64,000 nt of DNA, taken from positions 1,054 to 65,053 of the forward strand of contig CAJQSZ010000019.1 in NCBI GenBank assembly GCA_905618805.1. Reading direction: 5' to 3'. Numbering within the stretch: position 1 is the stretch's first letter; every line of letters starts with the position of its first letter. Positions 40,536-53,102 of this stretch are shown here, in pieces. The DNA is from an uncultured Candidatus Pelagibacter sp. (GTDB lineage Bacteria; Pseudomonadota; Alphaproteobacteria; Pelagibacterales; Pelagibacteraceae). The position numbers were made by a program, and so were the translations under genes. The notes under the pieces are model-generated. The model saw only the letters and a program-made list of their open reading frames with translations. It made no database searches and was not told where the DNA came from.

Positions 40536-41470
40536 AACTAAAGAAACCAAAATTTTGGGATAATAAGAAACCTAATTTTTTATCTTATTTTTTATTACCC
40601 TTAACGTTTCCCATAATTATTAATAACTTTTTTTTAAATAGAAAAACAAATCAGCCTAATCAGATAATCAAAAAAATCTGTGTGGGCAATATCTATGTTG
40701 GTGGCACGGCAAAAACCCCTCTCACCATAAAAATTTATGATATCTTAAATAATTTGAAATATAAAACTGCAACAATAAAAAAATTTTATAAAGATCAAGT
40801 CGATGAGCAGAAAATTTTAAGATCAAAAACAGTATTATATTGTTCAAAAAATCGAAATCTGGCATTAAATCAAGCTATAAAAGATGATATGGATATTGTT
40901 ATTTTTGATGATGGCCTACAAGACAGATCTATAAATTATGATTTAAAATTTGTATGCTTCAACAATATAAAGTGGATTGGCAATGGTTTCTTAATGCCTG
41001 CAGGACCTTTAAGGGAAAAGATAGAAAGTATATCAAAATACGATGCTATATTTTTAAATGGAAATAAAAGAGATAACTCTAATATCAAATCCCTAATTAA
41101 TAAATATAATAAAGATATTCCTGTTTTTGAGTGCACTTATAAACCAACCAATATTAACCAGTTTGCTACTAGTGAAAAATATCTGATTTTTTCTGGAATT
41201 GGAAATCCAGAAAGTTTTAAAGAAACTCTAATAAATAATGGATTAGATGTGGTTAAAGAAATTATTTTTCCTGATCACTATCAGTATAACACAAATGACA
41301 TTGATAACATAATATTACATGCAAAATGTTTGAATGCTCAAATTTTAACTACTGAAAAAGATTTTACAAAGATTAACAATAATAAAAATAGTGATATCAA
41401 ATTTTTGAAAATTGATCTTGCTATTAAAGATGAACAAAAATTAATTAACTATTTAAAATTGCATATATGA
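40532..41470 (+). CDS. lpxK: Tetraacyldisaccharide 4'-kinase
   Basis: CVGNIYVGGTAKTP, DDGLQD, PAGPLRE, GIGNP..F, FPDH, TTEKD. Confidence 0.93.
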   Translation: MKLKKPKFWDNKKPNFLSYFLLPLTFPIIINNFFLNRKTNQPNQIIKKICVGNIYVGGTAKTPLTIKIYDILNNLKYKTATIKKFYKDQVDEQKILRSKTVLYCSKNRNLALNQAIKDDMDIVIFDDGLQDRSINYDLKFVCFNNIKWIGNGFLMPAGPLREKIESISKYDAIFLNGNKRDNSNIKSLINKYNKDIPVFECTYKPTNINQFATSEKYLIFSGIGNPESFKETLINNGLDVVKEIIFPDHYQYNTNDIDNIILHAKCLNAQILTTEKDFTKINNNKNSDIKFLKIDLAIKDEQKLINYLKLHI

Positions 41471-42327
41471 AACTTATAAAATATTTTATTCAATTTTTAA
41501 TAATTTTTATTTTTTTTCTTATATTTAAAATCTTGGGTTTAAAGTTTGCTTCTTACATTTCTGGAAAGATTATATCTTTTATTGGACCATTTTTTAGATC
41601 TAAGAGTCTTATTAAATCTAATATTTTAAAAGCATTACCAAATCTAGATAAAAATCAGATTCAAAAAATATCTAAAACGATGTGGCATAACTATGGAAGA
41701 ATTCTTGCTGAATATATGTTTATAAAAAAATTTAGAATGTCTCAAATTACTAATAATATTGAAATCATTGGACAAACAAAATTGGACACAATCAGAGACA
41801 ATAATGAGCCTGTAATATTTATTTCAGGTCATTTTAATAATTTTGAATTAATGGCAATGCATTTAGAGAAATCTGGGATTAATTTAGCTGTTATTTATAG
41901 GCCACTTAATAATAAATTTCTGAACTTTATAATGGAGAGGATTAGAAAGAAATATATTTGTAAAAATCAAATTAAAAAAGGAATCTCTGGAACAAAACAG
42001 TTGCTTTCATCCTTTAAAAACAAAACTTCTATAGCTCTGATGATAGACCAAAGAGTTTCACAAGGCATTAAGTCTAACTTTTTTGATCATGAGGCCCTTA
42101 CAACAACTATCCCAGCTCAGTTTGTAAAAAAATTTAAGTGTAAAATAGTTCCTATTTACATCGAAAGAACTCAAGGAGTTAATTTTAAATTAACTATTCA
42201 TGATCCATTAGAATATTCAAAAACCGAGACTGTAGAGTCTATTACTTTGAGTTTGAATATTTTACTTGAAAAAATGATATTGAGAAACCCTGAACAGTGG
42301 ATTTGGTCACACAACCGTTGGAAATAG
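41467..42327 (+). CDS. Lipid A biosynthesis acyltransferase (LpxL/HtrB family)
   Basis: GHFNNFE, YRP..N, IDQ, PEQW.W.H.RWK. Confidence 0.9.
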   Translation: MKLIKYFIQFLIIFIFFLIFKILGLKFASYISGKIISFIGPFFRSKSLIKSNILKALPNLDKNQIQKISKTMWHNYGRILAEYMFIKKFRMSQITNNIEIIGQTKLDTIRDNNEPVIFISGHFNNFELMAMHLEKSGINLAVIYRPLNNKFLNFIMERIRKKYICKNQIKKGISGTKQLLSSFKNKTSIALMIDQRVSQGIKSNFFDHEALTTTIPAQFVKKFKCKIVPIYIERTQGVNFKLTIHDPLEYSKTETVESITLSLNILLEKMILRNPEQWIWSHNRWK

Positions 42328-42329
42328 AA

Positions 42330-42524
42330 TTAACTTTTTTCTTCTTCTCTTTTTATTGAGGCTTCTATATATGAGTAATATGGCTCTTGTAAATCTACAT
42401 TCCAATAATTTAGCTCTTCTAATCTTATGTTTTTTCCAGATACAGCACATACTACATAATCACCTTCTTTAATAATTTGAAAATTATTAGGTAAATATTT
42501 TATTTTGGCTAATTTTTTAATCAT
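42330..42524 (-). CDS. DUF2093 family protein
   Basis: F.I...G.YV.CAVSG..I.L.EL.YWNV..QEPY. Confidence 0.85.
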   Translation of the reverse strand: MIKKLAKIKYLPNNFQIIKEGDYVVCAVSGKNIRLEELNYWNVDLQEPYYSYIEASIKREEEKS

Positions 42525-42545
42525 TTATAGTTTATATATTATAAC

Positions 42546-43808
42546 ATGAAAGTTGGAATAATTGGAAGTGGTGGTCGAGAACATGCTATTTGTTTTGCCC
42601 TAAATAAATCAGAAAAAATTAAACAAATATACTGTTTTCCTGGAAATGCTGGAACATCAAAAATTGCTGAGAACATCTCTATTGATATAGAGGATTTTAA
42701 TAGATTGAAGAACTTTATAATCTCTAATAAAATTGATTTAGTAATTGTTGGACCAGAAAAGCCTTTGGTAAATGGTATAGTAGATTTTTTAGAAGAACAT
42801 AATATTAATGTGTTTGGACCCAACAAAAGTGCTTCACAACTAGAGGGTTCTAAAATATTCACTAAAAATTTATGTGAAAAATATCAAATACCCACTGCAA
42901 AATTTGGTATTTTTAAAGATACTAAAGGAGCACTACATTTTACAAATAAAGCAAATTATCCACTGGTCATAAAAGCTGATGGTTTGGCTTCAGGCAAAGG
43001 TGTTTATATTTGTGAAAACAAAAATGATTCCAAAATAGCTATAAAGGAAATATTTAACGGTAAATTTGGTATTGCCCATAATCTGCTTGTTGAAGAATTT
43101 CTTGTAGGTGAGGAGATGAGCTATTTTATTATAACAGATGGTAAAACAATAAAAAAATTTGGAACAGCACAAGATCACAAAAGAGTTTTAGAGGGTGATT
43201 TAGGTAAAAATACTGGAGGTATGGGGGCTTATTCTCCTTCAAGACTAATCAATGATGAATTAGACGAAAAAATTATTACTAGAATAGTAGAGCCAACAAT
43301 CAGAGGACTAAAAGAACTTGGAATAAAATATAAAGGGTTTTTGTATGTGGGTCTAATGATTATAAAAGGAGACCCTTACTTAATTGAATATAATGTCAGA
43401 ATGGGAGATCCAGAATGTCAAACAATACTACCAAAACTTGATTCAAGTTTACTTAATATTTTTTTAGCCTGTTGTGAGGGTAAGTTAGATCAATGTACAA
43501 TAAAATGGCTTGATAAAAAAAGCTTGTGTATTGTTGTATGTTCAAAGGGATACCCAAATACTTTTAAAAAAAAATTATTAATAGAGAATATAGAAGACAT
43601 TAAACTTAATGCAGATGAGTATTTATATCATGCGGGTACAACAAGAATTAATAATAAAGTTTTTTCTAGTGGTGGAAGAGTGTTAAACTTTGTATGTCTT
43701 TCTAAAGATTTTTTAGAAGCTAGAAAAAAAATTTTTAACTTGATAAATAAACTCTCTTGGAATGATGGCTTTTATCGTAAAGACATAGGTTATAAAGTAA
43801 TAGATTAA
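42546..43808 (+). CDS. purD: Phosphoribosylamine-glycine ligase
   Basis: GSGGREHA, PGNAG, VGPE.PL, KADGLA.GKGV, QDHKR, NTGGMGAYSP. Confidence 0.97.
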   Translation: MKVGIIGSGGREHAICFALNKSEKIKQIYCFPGNAGTSKIAENISIDIEDFNRLKNFIISNKIDLVIVGPEKPLVNGIVDFLEEHNINVFGPNKSASQLEGSKIFTKNLCEKYQIPTAKFGIFKDTKGALHFTNKANYPLVIKADGLASGKGVYICENKNDSKIAIKEIFNGKFGIAHNLLVEEFLVGEEMSYFIITDGKTIKKFGTAQDHKRVLEGDLGKNTGGMGAYSPSRLINDELDEKIITRIVEPTIRGLKELGIKYKGFLYVGLMIIKGDPYLIEYNVRMGDPECQTILPKLDSSLLNIFLACCEGKLDQCTIKWLDKKSLCIVVCSKGYPNTFKKKLLIENIEDIKLNADEYLYHAGTTRINNKVFSSGGRVLNFVCLSKDFLEARKKIFNLINKLSWNDGFYRKDIGYKVID

Positions 43809-44371
43809 TGAGAATAATATCTGGAACTTCAAAGGGTAAAAAATTATACCAACCTAAAGACCTTCTCACTAGGCCACTAAAAGATTTAACAAAAGAATCT
43901 ATATTTAATATAATCACTCATTCTAATAAATTTACTGTTTCATTAGAAGGTGCAAATATTTTAGATTTATTTTCAGGGACAGGCTCATTTGGTTTGGAGT
44001 GCTTATCTAGAAAATCTAAACATGTAACATTTATAGAAAACTATAAAAAAATTTTACCTATTTTAAAAAAAAATATTACCACCTTAAATTATGAAAAAAA
44101 CTCCAAAATAATTGAGATAGATATAATTGACAATTTAAGTATTAAATTATTTCAGAATCAATTTGATATTATTTTTTTAGATCCACCATATAAAGAAAAG
44201 AAGTTATTAGAAATTCTTGAAAATATATTTCAATCTAATTTACTAAAAAATCAGGGAGTAATAATTATTCACAGGTATAAAAAAGAAGTCGATAAATTCC
44301 CTGTAAAATTCAAAATAATTGAAGAAAAATCTTACGGAATATCAAAAATAATTTTTGGTAATTATACTTAA
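43808..44371 (+). CDS. rsmD: 16S rRNA m2G966 methyltransferase
   Basis: MRIISG..KG, TRP, LDLFSGTGS.G.E.LSR, FLDPPY. Confidence 0.92.
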   Translation: MRIISGTSKGKKLYQPKDLLTRPLKDLTKESIFNIITHSNKFTVSLEGANILDLFSGTGSFGLECLSRKSKHVTFIENYKKILPILKKNITTLNYEKNSKIIEIDIIDNLSIKLFQNQFDIIFLDPPYKEKKLLEILENIFQSNLLKNQGVIIIHRYKKEVDKFPVKFKIIEEKSYGISKIIFGNYT

Positions 44372-45525
44372 ATCAAAATTTTTTTAGTTTCCGTTTTTAT
44401 TAATTCTACAGAAGGTTGGTTGTAGGGGTCTAATTTCAGGGCTCTGGCTAATAAAATAGTTTCAAGAATAAAAAAACTAAATAATTCACCTAAAGTTTTT
44501 TCATTTCTTAAATTAACCTCAAAGCTTCTAAATGGTATCTTTTTTTTTAAAAAAATATTTTGAGTAGCTAATTTTTGAGCATAAATTATTTGATTTAAAT
44601 CTTTATTCTTTAAGTAATCATGAGTAGGCAAAATTTTATTATTTATAATCTTTGAGGAGTTTTTTTCTTTGACATAAAAAAACGTAAAGAAATTATTTTT
44701 AGGCCCATCTAAGTAGAGTTGCATTAAACTATGATTGTCTTTAGGCATTGTGGATATTAATGGCAAAATTCCATTTCTTTTTTTTCCTAAACTTTCTGCA
44801 ATCAATTGTTGGTACCATTTAAATAGATTTTTAGAACTATCATCATAGTTAAGAATTATAGAATTAAATTTTTTTTTTTTTAAGAAAAATAGTGTATTGC
44901 TAACATTAATTATTAATGAGTTAATAAAATTTTTATTCTTAATTAGATTGTTTAATTGTTTAAATTTTTTTTGATTAAGTCCCATTAATTCTGCTGGGAA
45001 CATACCAACCTCAGATAGTACTGAAAACCTTCCTCCTATAAAATTATTATGGTGAATTATTTCAGCCTTTAATTTCTTAGCTATCAAAAAAAGATAGCTT
45101 GCTTTATTTTCAGTTATGAAAATATTTTTGTCATTTTTTTTTATAAATATATTTGAGTTAGATATGGTTTCTAAAGTATTTCCTGATTTAGAAACTATCA
45201 AATTTAAATTTTTATTTTTTTTTGTTTTAAAGGTTTTATTCGCTTCAAGGTTGTTTATGAATTCAAAGTTTTTTTTTGTTTTAGGTTTTAAGAAATCAAA
45301 AATCGCTTCTGTTCCAAGTGTAGACCCCCCCATACCAATAACTCTTACATTTTTATAATTTTTTGAATTTAAAATAATTTTTTTTGAATAACTATTTTTA
45401 TAGTTTGTCGACAACGAATCTAATATTATACTTTTTTCTTTTAGAAGTTTTTTTAAATCCTTTTTAATTTTTTTGTTATTTTTTTTTAGATGAAAATTCT
45501 CAAAATTAATATTTTTAGTTAGCAT
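44368..45525 (-). CDS. pgi: Glucose-6-phosphate isomerase (short form)
   Basis: IGMGGS.LG, SKSGNTLET, IGGRFSVLS, QL.AESLGK, D.HS..QL, DP..QP.VE..K. Confidence 0.88.
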   Translation of the reverse strand: MLTKNINFENFHLKKNNKKIKKDLKKLLKEKSIILDSLSTNYKNSYSKKIILNSKNYKNVRVIGMGGSTLGTEAIFDFLKPKTKKNFEFINNLEANKTFKTKKNKNLNLIVSKSGNTLETISNSNIFIKKNDKNIFITENKASYLFLIAKKLKAEIIHHNNFIGGRFSVLSEVGMFPAELMGLNQKKFKQLNNLIKNKNFINSLIINVSNTLFFLKKKKFNSIILNYDDSSKNLFKWYQQLIAESLGKKRNGILPLISTMPKDNHSLMQLYLDGPKNNFFTFFYVKEKNSSKIINNKILPTHDYLKNKDLNQIIYAQKLATQNIFLKKKIPFRSFEVNLRNEKTLGELFSFFILETILLARALKLDPYNQPSVELIKTETKKILI

Positions 45526-45851
45526 TAATTATTTTTAATATTCTTTAATATAAAATCCTCTGTATTTCCATTTTGTTCTGAGGTTGAATTTTTAACATCT
45601 TCTTCCATTCCAAGTATTTTTTGAATATCAAGATCATCTTCGTATAAAGATACTTCTTCATTTTTTGTTATCGAGTCTTGTGGTTTTGGTAATTCTAAAT
45701 ATTTAGGTGGCAAAATTAAAGGGTTTTTTTTTTTTACCATAAACTCATCACTATTATTAGATTTGTTCCCACTTAATCCATCTTTGACTGATTGACAGGC
45801 AGTTAGAGCAAAACAAGTAGTTAAAATTAAAAGTATTTTATTATTTTTCAT
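45525..45851 (-). CDS. DUF3035-like lipoprotein
   Basis: Lipobox LTAC; DEF.V.KK.PL..PP; downstream of lspA. Confidence 0.8.
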   Translation of the reverse strand: MKNNKILLILTTCFALTACQSVKDGLSGNKSNNSDEFMVKKKNPLILPPKYLELPKPQDSITKNEEVSLYEDDLDIQKILGMEEDVKNSTSEQNGNTEDFILKNIKNN

Positions 45852-46338
45852 TTTCTAGTGATTTATTAAAAATTAATTCTACCAAAATAAGGCACATTAC
45901 ACCAACGGTAATAAATATATCAGCAACATTAAATATAAACCAGTGATAATTGTTAATATGTAGGTCTATAAAATCTGGCACAGCTGAGTAGTAGAATCTG
46001 TCAAATAAATTTCCTACAGCTCCACCAAAAATAAATGAGTAAAAATAAAACCTTATATCTTTTGTTTTTATAATTAATATCAAAACTACCATTGAGATGA
46101 TTGTTATTAGTGCTGTTATCACACTATATGTGCTGCTCTGATCAAATGATAATAAACCAAATGCAATTCCATCATTCCAAATTAAATAAATATTTAAATA
46201 TTTTGTTAAAAATATGTCTACAGAGCCATTTATCTCAAGAAAAGATAATACGTATATTTTTGAAAACCTATCTAAAGAAAAAATTACTATAATTATTAAT
46301 GTGCTATAAATTAATTTTTTTCTATTTTCAACTTTCAT
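45841..46338 (-). CDS. lspA: Lipoprotein signal peptidase
   Basis: N.G.AFG, GGA.GN..DR, V.DFI, FNVAD. Confidence 0.93.
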   Translation of the reverse strand: MKVENRKKLIYSTLIIIVIFSLDRFSKIYVLSFLEINGSVDIFLTKYLNIYLIWNDGIAFGLLSFDQSSTYSVITALITIISMVVLILIIKTKDIRFYFYSFIFGGAVGNLFDRFYYSAVPDFIDLHINNYHWFIFNVADIFITVGVMCLILVELIFNKSLENEK

Positions 46339-46342
46339 TTTT

Positions 46343-49060
46343 TTAGGTAGCGTGTCTTTGGCACTCATCTTTACTTATTTTCCAACATATGGGGCATTTC
46401 TTTCCCTCAGCTTTTTTGGTTTTTACTTTGATTTCTTTGTCATTTGTTTTTATAATTTTTACTTCCGATGTAATACACAGCTCTGCTAAATCTATATTTT
46501 CAATAAAATTAGATTGTTCATTATTTATACTTATTGTCAAATTTGCCTCAAGACTAGAGCCTATTTCTTTGCTGGCTCTTTTTTCTTCAATACTAATATT
46601 ACAAATATCTCTAATTTTTTTTAACTCAATCCATTTTTTATTTAATTTTATATTTTCAAATAATTTTGGAAACTTGATAAATTCCTCAAGATGAATACTT
46701 TTTTTATCTTTATTTATTAATGTAAAAATTTCTTCTGTAGTAAATGAAAGGATGGGTGCAAACCATTTTAATAACGCTTCAAGGATAATATTCAAAACAA
46801 TTATACTGCTTTTTCTTTTTTCAGATTCTTTTGGATCACAATATAAGGTGTCTTTTCTTATATCAAAATAAAAAGCTGACAAATCTATCGTACAAAAATT
46901 TAATAGTTCTTTATAGAGATTGTGGAAGTCATACGATTTAAAGTAATTTTTATAACTTTCATTTAATTCATATATTCTATGAAGTATATACTGCTCTAGT
47001 TCTGGAAGTTGATTTAAATCTAATTTTTCAATATCAATTTTTTTAAAATTATCATTAATATTTCCAAGCAGATACCTAAATGTATTTCTAATCTTTCTAT
47101 AAGAATCTGCATGTTGCTCCAAAATAGAAAAATCAATTCTCAGATCTTCAGCATAATTGGATGAAGCAACCCATATTCTTAAGATGTCAGCTCCATATTT
47201 TTTTAAAATATCTTCAGGTGCAATTACATTTCCTAAAGATTTTGACATCTTGAGACCTTTGCCATCTACAACAAAGCCATGTGATAAAATTGACTCGTAT
47301 GGTGCTCTTCCTCTTGTTCCACACGACTCTAACAGTGATGAATGAAACCAACCCCTATGTTGGTCAGATCCCTCCAGATACATTGATGCAGGCCATTGGA
47401 GGTCTTCTCTTTTTTCTAAAACAAATGCGTGTGTGCATCCACTATCAAACCAAACTTCTACAATGTCATTGGTTTTATCATAATCTTCTGCTTTGTACTT
47501 GTCCCCTAAAAACCTTTGTGGATTATCAGAAAACCAGCAATCAGAACCTTCTTTTTCATAAATACTTGCAATATTCTCGTTCACTTTGTCGTCAACTAAA
47601 ATCTCTTTTGTTTTTTTGTGGGTAAATATTGGCAAAGGCACGCCCCAAACTCTTTGTCTTGAAACACACCAATCTGGTCTTGTTTCAATCATTGCTTTTA
47701 TTCTTTCTCTACCTTTGCTTGGATAAAATGTTGTTTCATCAAGAGCTTTTAGTGCTTTTTTCCTCAGACCATGACTTTCCATCGAAATAAACCATTGCGG
47801 TGTTGCTCTATGAACAAGTGGGGCTTTTGATCTCCACGAATGAGGGTATGAATGAATTAATTCGCCATTTGATAATAGTTTTTTTTGTTCTTTAAGTTTT
47901 TCGATCACAATTGGGTTTGCTTTAAAAATATGTATCCCTTCAAACAAAGGGAGGTTTTTAGTATATTTACCGTCCCCATCGACAGTCTCTATTGCTTTAA
48001 TCCCGTGATTTAAACAAAGATTAAAATCATCTGGGCCGTGACTAGGTGCGCAGTGAACAATTCCTGTTCCCTGTTCTGTTGTGACAAATCTTGCTTCTAA
48101 CATTGGTATTTCATAATCATAACCAAGTTCTAAAAATGGGTGGCTACAAATTGTATCCTTAAATTCTTTTCCATTAAATTTTTTAATTTCCTTATAATTT
48201 TTAATATCACAGTCCTTAATAACCGATTCTAATAAAGCTTCTGCAATTACTATCTTTTTATTTTTAAAATTCCCATCATCTTCTAATTGGATTATCAAAT
48301 AATCCAAAGCTTGATTATAAGCTAAGGCTTTATTGGCAGGTATAGTCCAAGGTGTTGTAGTCCATATAATGACTTCTGCACCTTCAAGTTCTTTTAGATT
48401 AGATTTAGTAACTGGAAAGGCAGTGTAGATTGTATCAGATTTATGATCTTGATATTCTACTTCAGCATCTGCTAATGCAGTTTTTTCTACCGTGGACCAA
48501 AGTACTGGTTTAAATCCTTTATAAAGACTACCTTCTTTTAAAAATTTACCTAACTCTCTTACAATTTGTGCTTCTGCATCAAAACTCATAGTAGTATAGT
48601 GATTTTCCCAATCACCAATAACACCCAATCGCTTAAATTGTGTTTTGTGAACTTCAATCCATTTTTCTGCAAATGCCCTACATTCTTTTCTAAATTCTGT
48701 TATTGGCACTTCATTTTTATTTTTTTTATTTTTTTTGTATTCTTCTTCAATTTTCCATTCAATGGGTAATCCATGACAATCCCATCCTGGAACGTAAACA
48801 GAATCTTTGCCCTCCATTTGATGAAATTTAACAATTATATCTTTTAAAATTTTGTTTAAAGCGGTACCCATGTGAATATTTCCATTTGCATATGGAGGGC
48901 CATCATGAAGTATAAATTTTTCCTTTCCGTTCTTTAATGCTCTTAGCTCATTATAGAGATCAATTTTTTTCCAATATTCTAAAATTTCAGGTTCTTTTTT
49001 TTGTAGATTAGCTTTCATTGAGAAGGCTGTTTTTGGAAGGTTTATATTTTCTTTGCTCAT
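46343..49060 (-). CDS. ileS: Isoleucyl-tRNA synthetase
   Basis: HDGPPYANG, HMGT (HIGH-like), GWDCHGLP, WTTTPWT, EGSDQHRGWF, KMSKS. Confidence 0.98.
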   Translation of the reverse strand: MSKENINLPKTAFSMKANLQKKEPEILEYWKKIDLYNELRALKNGKEKFILHDGPPYANGNIHMGTALNKILKDIIVKFHQMEGKDSVYVPGWDCHGLPIEWKIEEEYKKNKKNKNEVPITEFRKECRAFAEKWIEVHKTQFKRLGVIGDWENHYTTMSFDAEAQIVRELGKFLKEGSLYKGFKPVLWSTVEKTALADAEVEYQDHKSDTIYTAFPVTKSNLKELEGAEVIIWTTTPWTIPANKALAYNQALDYLIIQLEDDGNFKNKKIVIAEALLESVIKDCDIKNYKEIKKFNGKEFKDTICSHPFLELGYDYEIPMLEARFVTTEQGTGIVHCAPSHGPDDFNLCLNHGIKAIETVDGDGKYTKNLPLFEGIHIFKANPIVIEKLKEQKKLLSNGELIHSYPHSWRSKAPLVHRATPQWFISMESHGLRKKALKALDETTFYPSKGRERIKAMIETRPDWCVSRQRVWGVPLPIFTHKKTKEILVDDKVNENIASIYEKEGSDCWFSDNPQRFLGDKYKAEDYDKTNDIVEVWFDSGCTHAFVLEKREDLQWPASMYLEGSDQHRGWFHSSLLESCGTRGRAPYESILSHGFVVDGKGLKMSKSLGNVIAPEDILKKYGADILRIWVASSNYAEDLRIDFSILEQHADSYRKIRNTFRYLLGNINDNFKKIDIEKLDLNQLPELEQYILHRIYELNESYKNYFKSYDFHNLYKELLNFCTIDLSAFYFDIRKDTLYCDPKESEKRKSSIIVLNIILEALLKWFAPILSFTTEEIFTLINKDKKSIHLEEFIKFPKLFENIKLNKKWIELKKIRDICNISIEEKRASKEIGSSLEANLTISINNEQSNFIENIDLAELCITSEVKIIKTNDKEIKVKTKKAEGKKCPICWKISKDECQRHAT

Positions 49061-49061
49061 T

Positions 49062-49979
49062 TTAATTTTTTTTAGCTATCTTTAAATCACTTTGAATTTG
49101 TTTTCTTAGTTGATTAATATTATTAAACTTTTTTTCTTTTCTTATAAATTTTATGAACTCAACTGATAAATACTTATTATAAAGATTTCCAGAAAAATTA
49201 AAAATATGAACCTCTAATAAAATTTTTTTTTGGTTGAATGTGGGTCTATAACCGAGATTTGCTATCGCTTTTAAAGATTTTTTTGAGTTTTTTTGTTTAA
49301 CACTAACTGCATACACCCCAGGCATTGCAATTACATAATCCTTAATATCAATATTGCAGGTTGGAAAACCAATTTTTTTTCCTTGCTGTCTACCCTTTTG
49401 AACAATCCCTTCAATTGCCCAATTTCTAGTTAAAGCTTTATTAGCTTTTTTTAAATTACCCTCTTCTAATAAAAATCTAATATATGTTGATGATATAACT
49501 TTCTTACCTAATATTAATGGTTGTGGTTTTACTATCTTATAATCATAAATTTTTTCATTTTTAATTAATTGTTTAACACTCCCTTCTCTTTTATTTCCAA
49601 ATCTAAAATTATTACTAACAAATATATATTTTGCTTCTAATTTTTTAGATAAAACTTCTTTAATAAAAAAATCTGATTTAACCTTAGAAAAATTTTTATC
49701 AAATTTTTTTGTAACTATAAAATCTACACCTAAACTCTTTAGCATTTTATTTTTTTGATTAATATTTGAAAGTCTAAAATTTTTAATTTTCTTATTAAAA
49801 TACATTTTTGGCATTGGCTCAAAAGTGACAACACCCACATTCAATTTAAATTTTTTTTTATAGTTATTTGCTAATTTAAATAATTTTTGATGACCCTTGT
49901 GAATCCCATCAAAGTTGCCAATGAGAATTATTGATTTTTTGTGATTTCCAGAAACATTAAAATTTTTATATAGTTTCAT
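49062..49979 (-). CDS. ribF: Bifunctional riboflavin kinase/FAD synthetase
   Basis: IGNFDG.H.GH, ISST.IR, G..IGFPT.N, G.RPTF, EVH. Confidence 0.95.
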   Translation of the reverse strand: MKLYKNFNVSGNHKKSIILIGNFDGIHKGHQKLFKLANNYKKKFKLNVGVVTFEPMPKMYFNKKIKNFRLSNINQKNKMLKSLGVDFIVTKKFDKNFSKVKSDFFIKEVLSKKLEAKYIFVSNNFRFGNKREGSVKQLIKNEKIYDYKIVKPQPLILGKKVISSTYIRFLLEEGNLKKANKALTRNWAIEGIVQKGRQQGKKIGFPTCNIDIKDYVIAMPGVYAVSVKQKNSKKSLKAIANLGYRPTFNQKKILLEVHIFNFSGNLYNKYLSVEFIKFIRKEKKFNNINQLRKQIQSDLKIAKKN

Positions 49980-49982
49980 ATT

Positions 49983-50801
49983 TTACCACTTTAGTTCAGT
50001 TTGAATAAAATTTGCAACAACTCCATATTTCTTTGCTACTGCTTCTATTCCATCTTTTTCTATTTCATTTTTATGAACACCACTTGATATTAGAAGAGAA
50101 TCATAATTTAAAAGATTTGCTCCTTTAATATCTGTATTTAAGTTGTCACCAATTGATAATGCTCTTTTTTTTTTATTATTAATTGATTGATTATATACTT
50201 CAGGAAAAGGTTTTCCAAAATATATTACCTTTCCACCTAATTTTTCAAAAACCAAAGCTACTGACCCTGCACACAATTCTCTTTTACTTCCTCTATCCAC
50301 AATTAAATCTGGATTAGTGCAAATCATTTTTTTATCAATATGATCTTTAAATAATTTTTTATAATAATTTAAATTTTTCTCTTGGTTTTCAAATAAGCCT
50401 GTACATAACAAATAAGTAACTTCATATATGTCTTTCCCTTTATTGTTTTCAAATTCTACAAATAAATCAAAATCTCTTGGGGGGCCTATGTGATAAAATT
50501 TTTGCTCTAAGTAATTTTCTTTAAGATAATTTAATGAAGCTTCTCCTGATGAATAAACTTTTTCCCTAATTTCTTCGTCCATTCCCATTTTTTCTAAAAA
50601 TATTTTAACTGTTTTGTTTGGTCTTGGGGCATTAGTTAGAAGGACATATTCTTTTTTTGCTTTAGAAATTTCTTTTAAGGTCTCAATTGCACTTTTATGG
50701 AGAGTTATTCCATTGTGAACGACACCCCACAAATCGATATAAAAAATATCATAATTATCAATAATTGATTTTAAACCTTCGTTATCTAAATTCTTTGTCA
50801 T
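49983..50801 (-). CDS. HAD-superfamily class IIA hydrolase (TIGR01459-like)
   Basis: DLWGVVHNG, TNAPRP, CTNPD, GKP, IGD.L.TDI.GA. Confidence 0.88.
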   Translation of the reverse strand: MTKNLDNEGLKSIIDNYDIFYIDLWGVVHNGITLHKSAIETLKEISKAKKEYVLLTNAPRPNKTVKIFLEKMGMDEEIREKVYSSGEASLNYLKENYLEQKFYHIGPPRDFDLFVEFENNKGKDIYEVTYLLCTGLFENQEKNLNYYKKLFKDHIDKKMICTNPDLIVDRGSKRELCAGSVALVFEKLGGKVIYFGKPFPEVYNQSINNKKKRALSIGDNLNTDIKGANLLNYDSLLISSGVHKNEIEKDGIEAVAKKYGVVANFIQTELKW

Positions 50802-50870
50802 TAGGGGAGGTATAACTTATAAAAAACACAATTTCTCTGGTTTTTTACCTTACTTATTTTTTTTACTAAC

Positions 50871-50898
50871 CTTGAAATCGTATGGCTAGTAGCTATAT
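50871..50898 (+). promoter_or_regulatory. RpoH (sigma32)-type promoter of groESL
   Basis: CTTGAA-N16-CTATAT upstream of groES. Confidence 0.65.
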
Positions 50899-50923
50899 GA
50901 GTCGCATATTAAAAGGAGAATTT

Positions 50924-51214
50924 ATGAAATTTAAACCGTTACACGATAGAGTACTAATAGAAGTTTTAGACAGTAGTGAGAAAACTGCTGGAGGAATAAT
51001 TATACCCGATACAGCTCAAGAAAAACCTCAAGAAGGAAAAGTAATTGCTGTTGGTGGTGGAGCAAAAACTGAAGATGGAAAAATAATTCCAATGGATGTG
51101 AAGGTTGGAGACAAGGTTCTTTTTGGTAAATGGTCTGGAACTGAAATCAAAATCAATAGTAAAGAATACAGCATAATGAAAGAGTCTGACATTATGGGTA
51201 TTTCAGGAAAATAA
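50924..51214 (+). CDS. groES: Co-chaperonin GroES
   Basis: [24 protein letters not shown]; AGGAG RBS. Confidence 0.98.
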   Translation: MKFKPLHDRVLIEVLDSSEKTAGGIIIPDTAQEKPQEGKVIAVGGGAKTEDGKIIPMDVKVGDKVLFGKWSGTEIKINSKEYSIMKESDIMGISGK

Positions 51215-51220
51215 TTTTAA

Positions 51221-52903
<1,683 letters not shown>

Positions 52904-52930
52904 TCCCGTCTATCTAGACTTAAAAATTAT

Positions 52931-52967
52931 AAAAACCCCCGTTGTTTAACACTCCGGGGGTTTTTTT
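52931..52967. terminator. Intrinsic (possibly bidirectional) terminator after groEL
   Basis: AAAAACCCCCG...CGGGGGTTTTTTT. Confidence 0.9.
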
Positions 52968-53102
52968 ATGTCTGCACTATAGATAAACGTTGGATGAACA
53001 AATAGATGAACATAGATGGGCAATTTTAAGAAAAGATAAGTAAATTAAGAGTTATTGAACTAGTGAATGAGAATGTAATCCCATTCTTTTCAAAAAGAAT
53101 TC

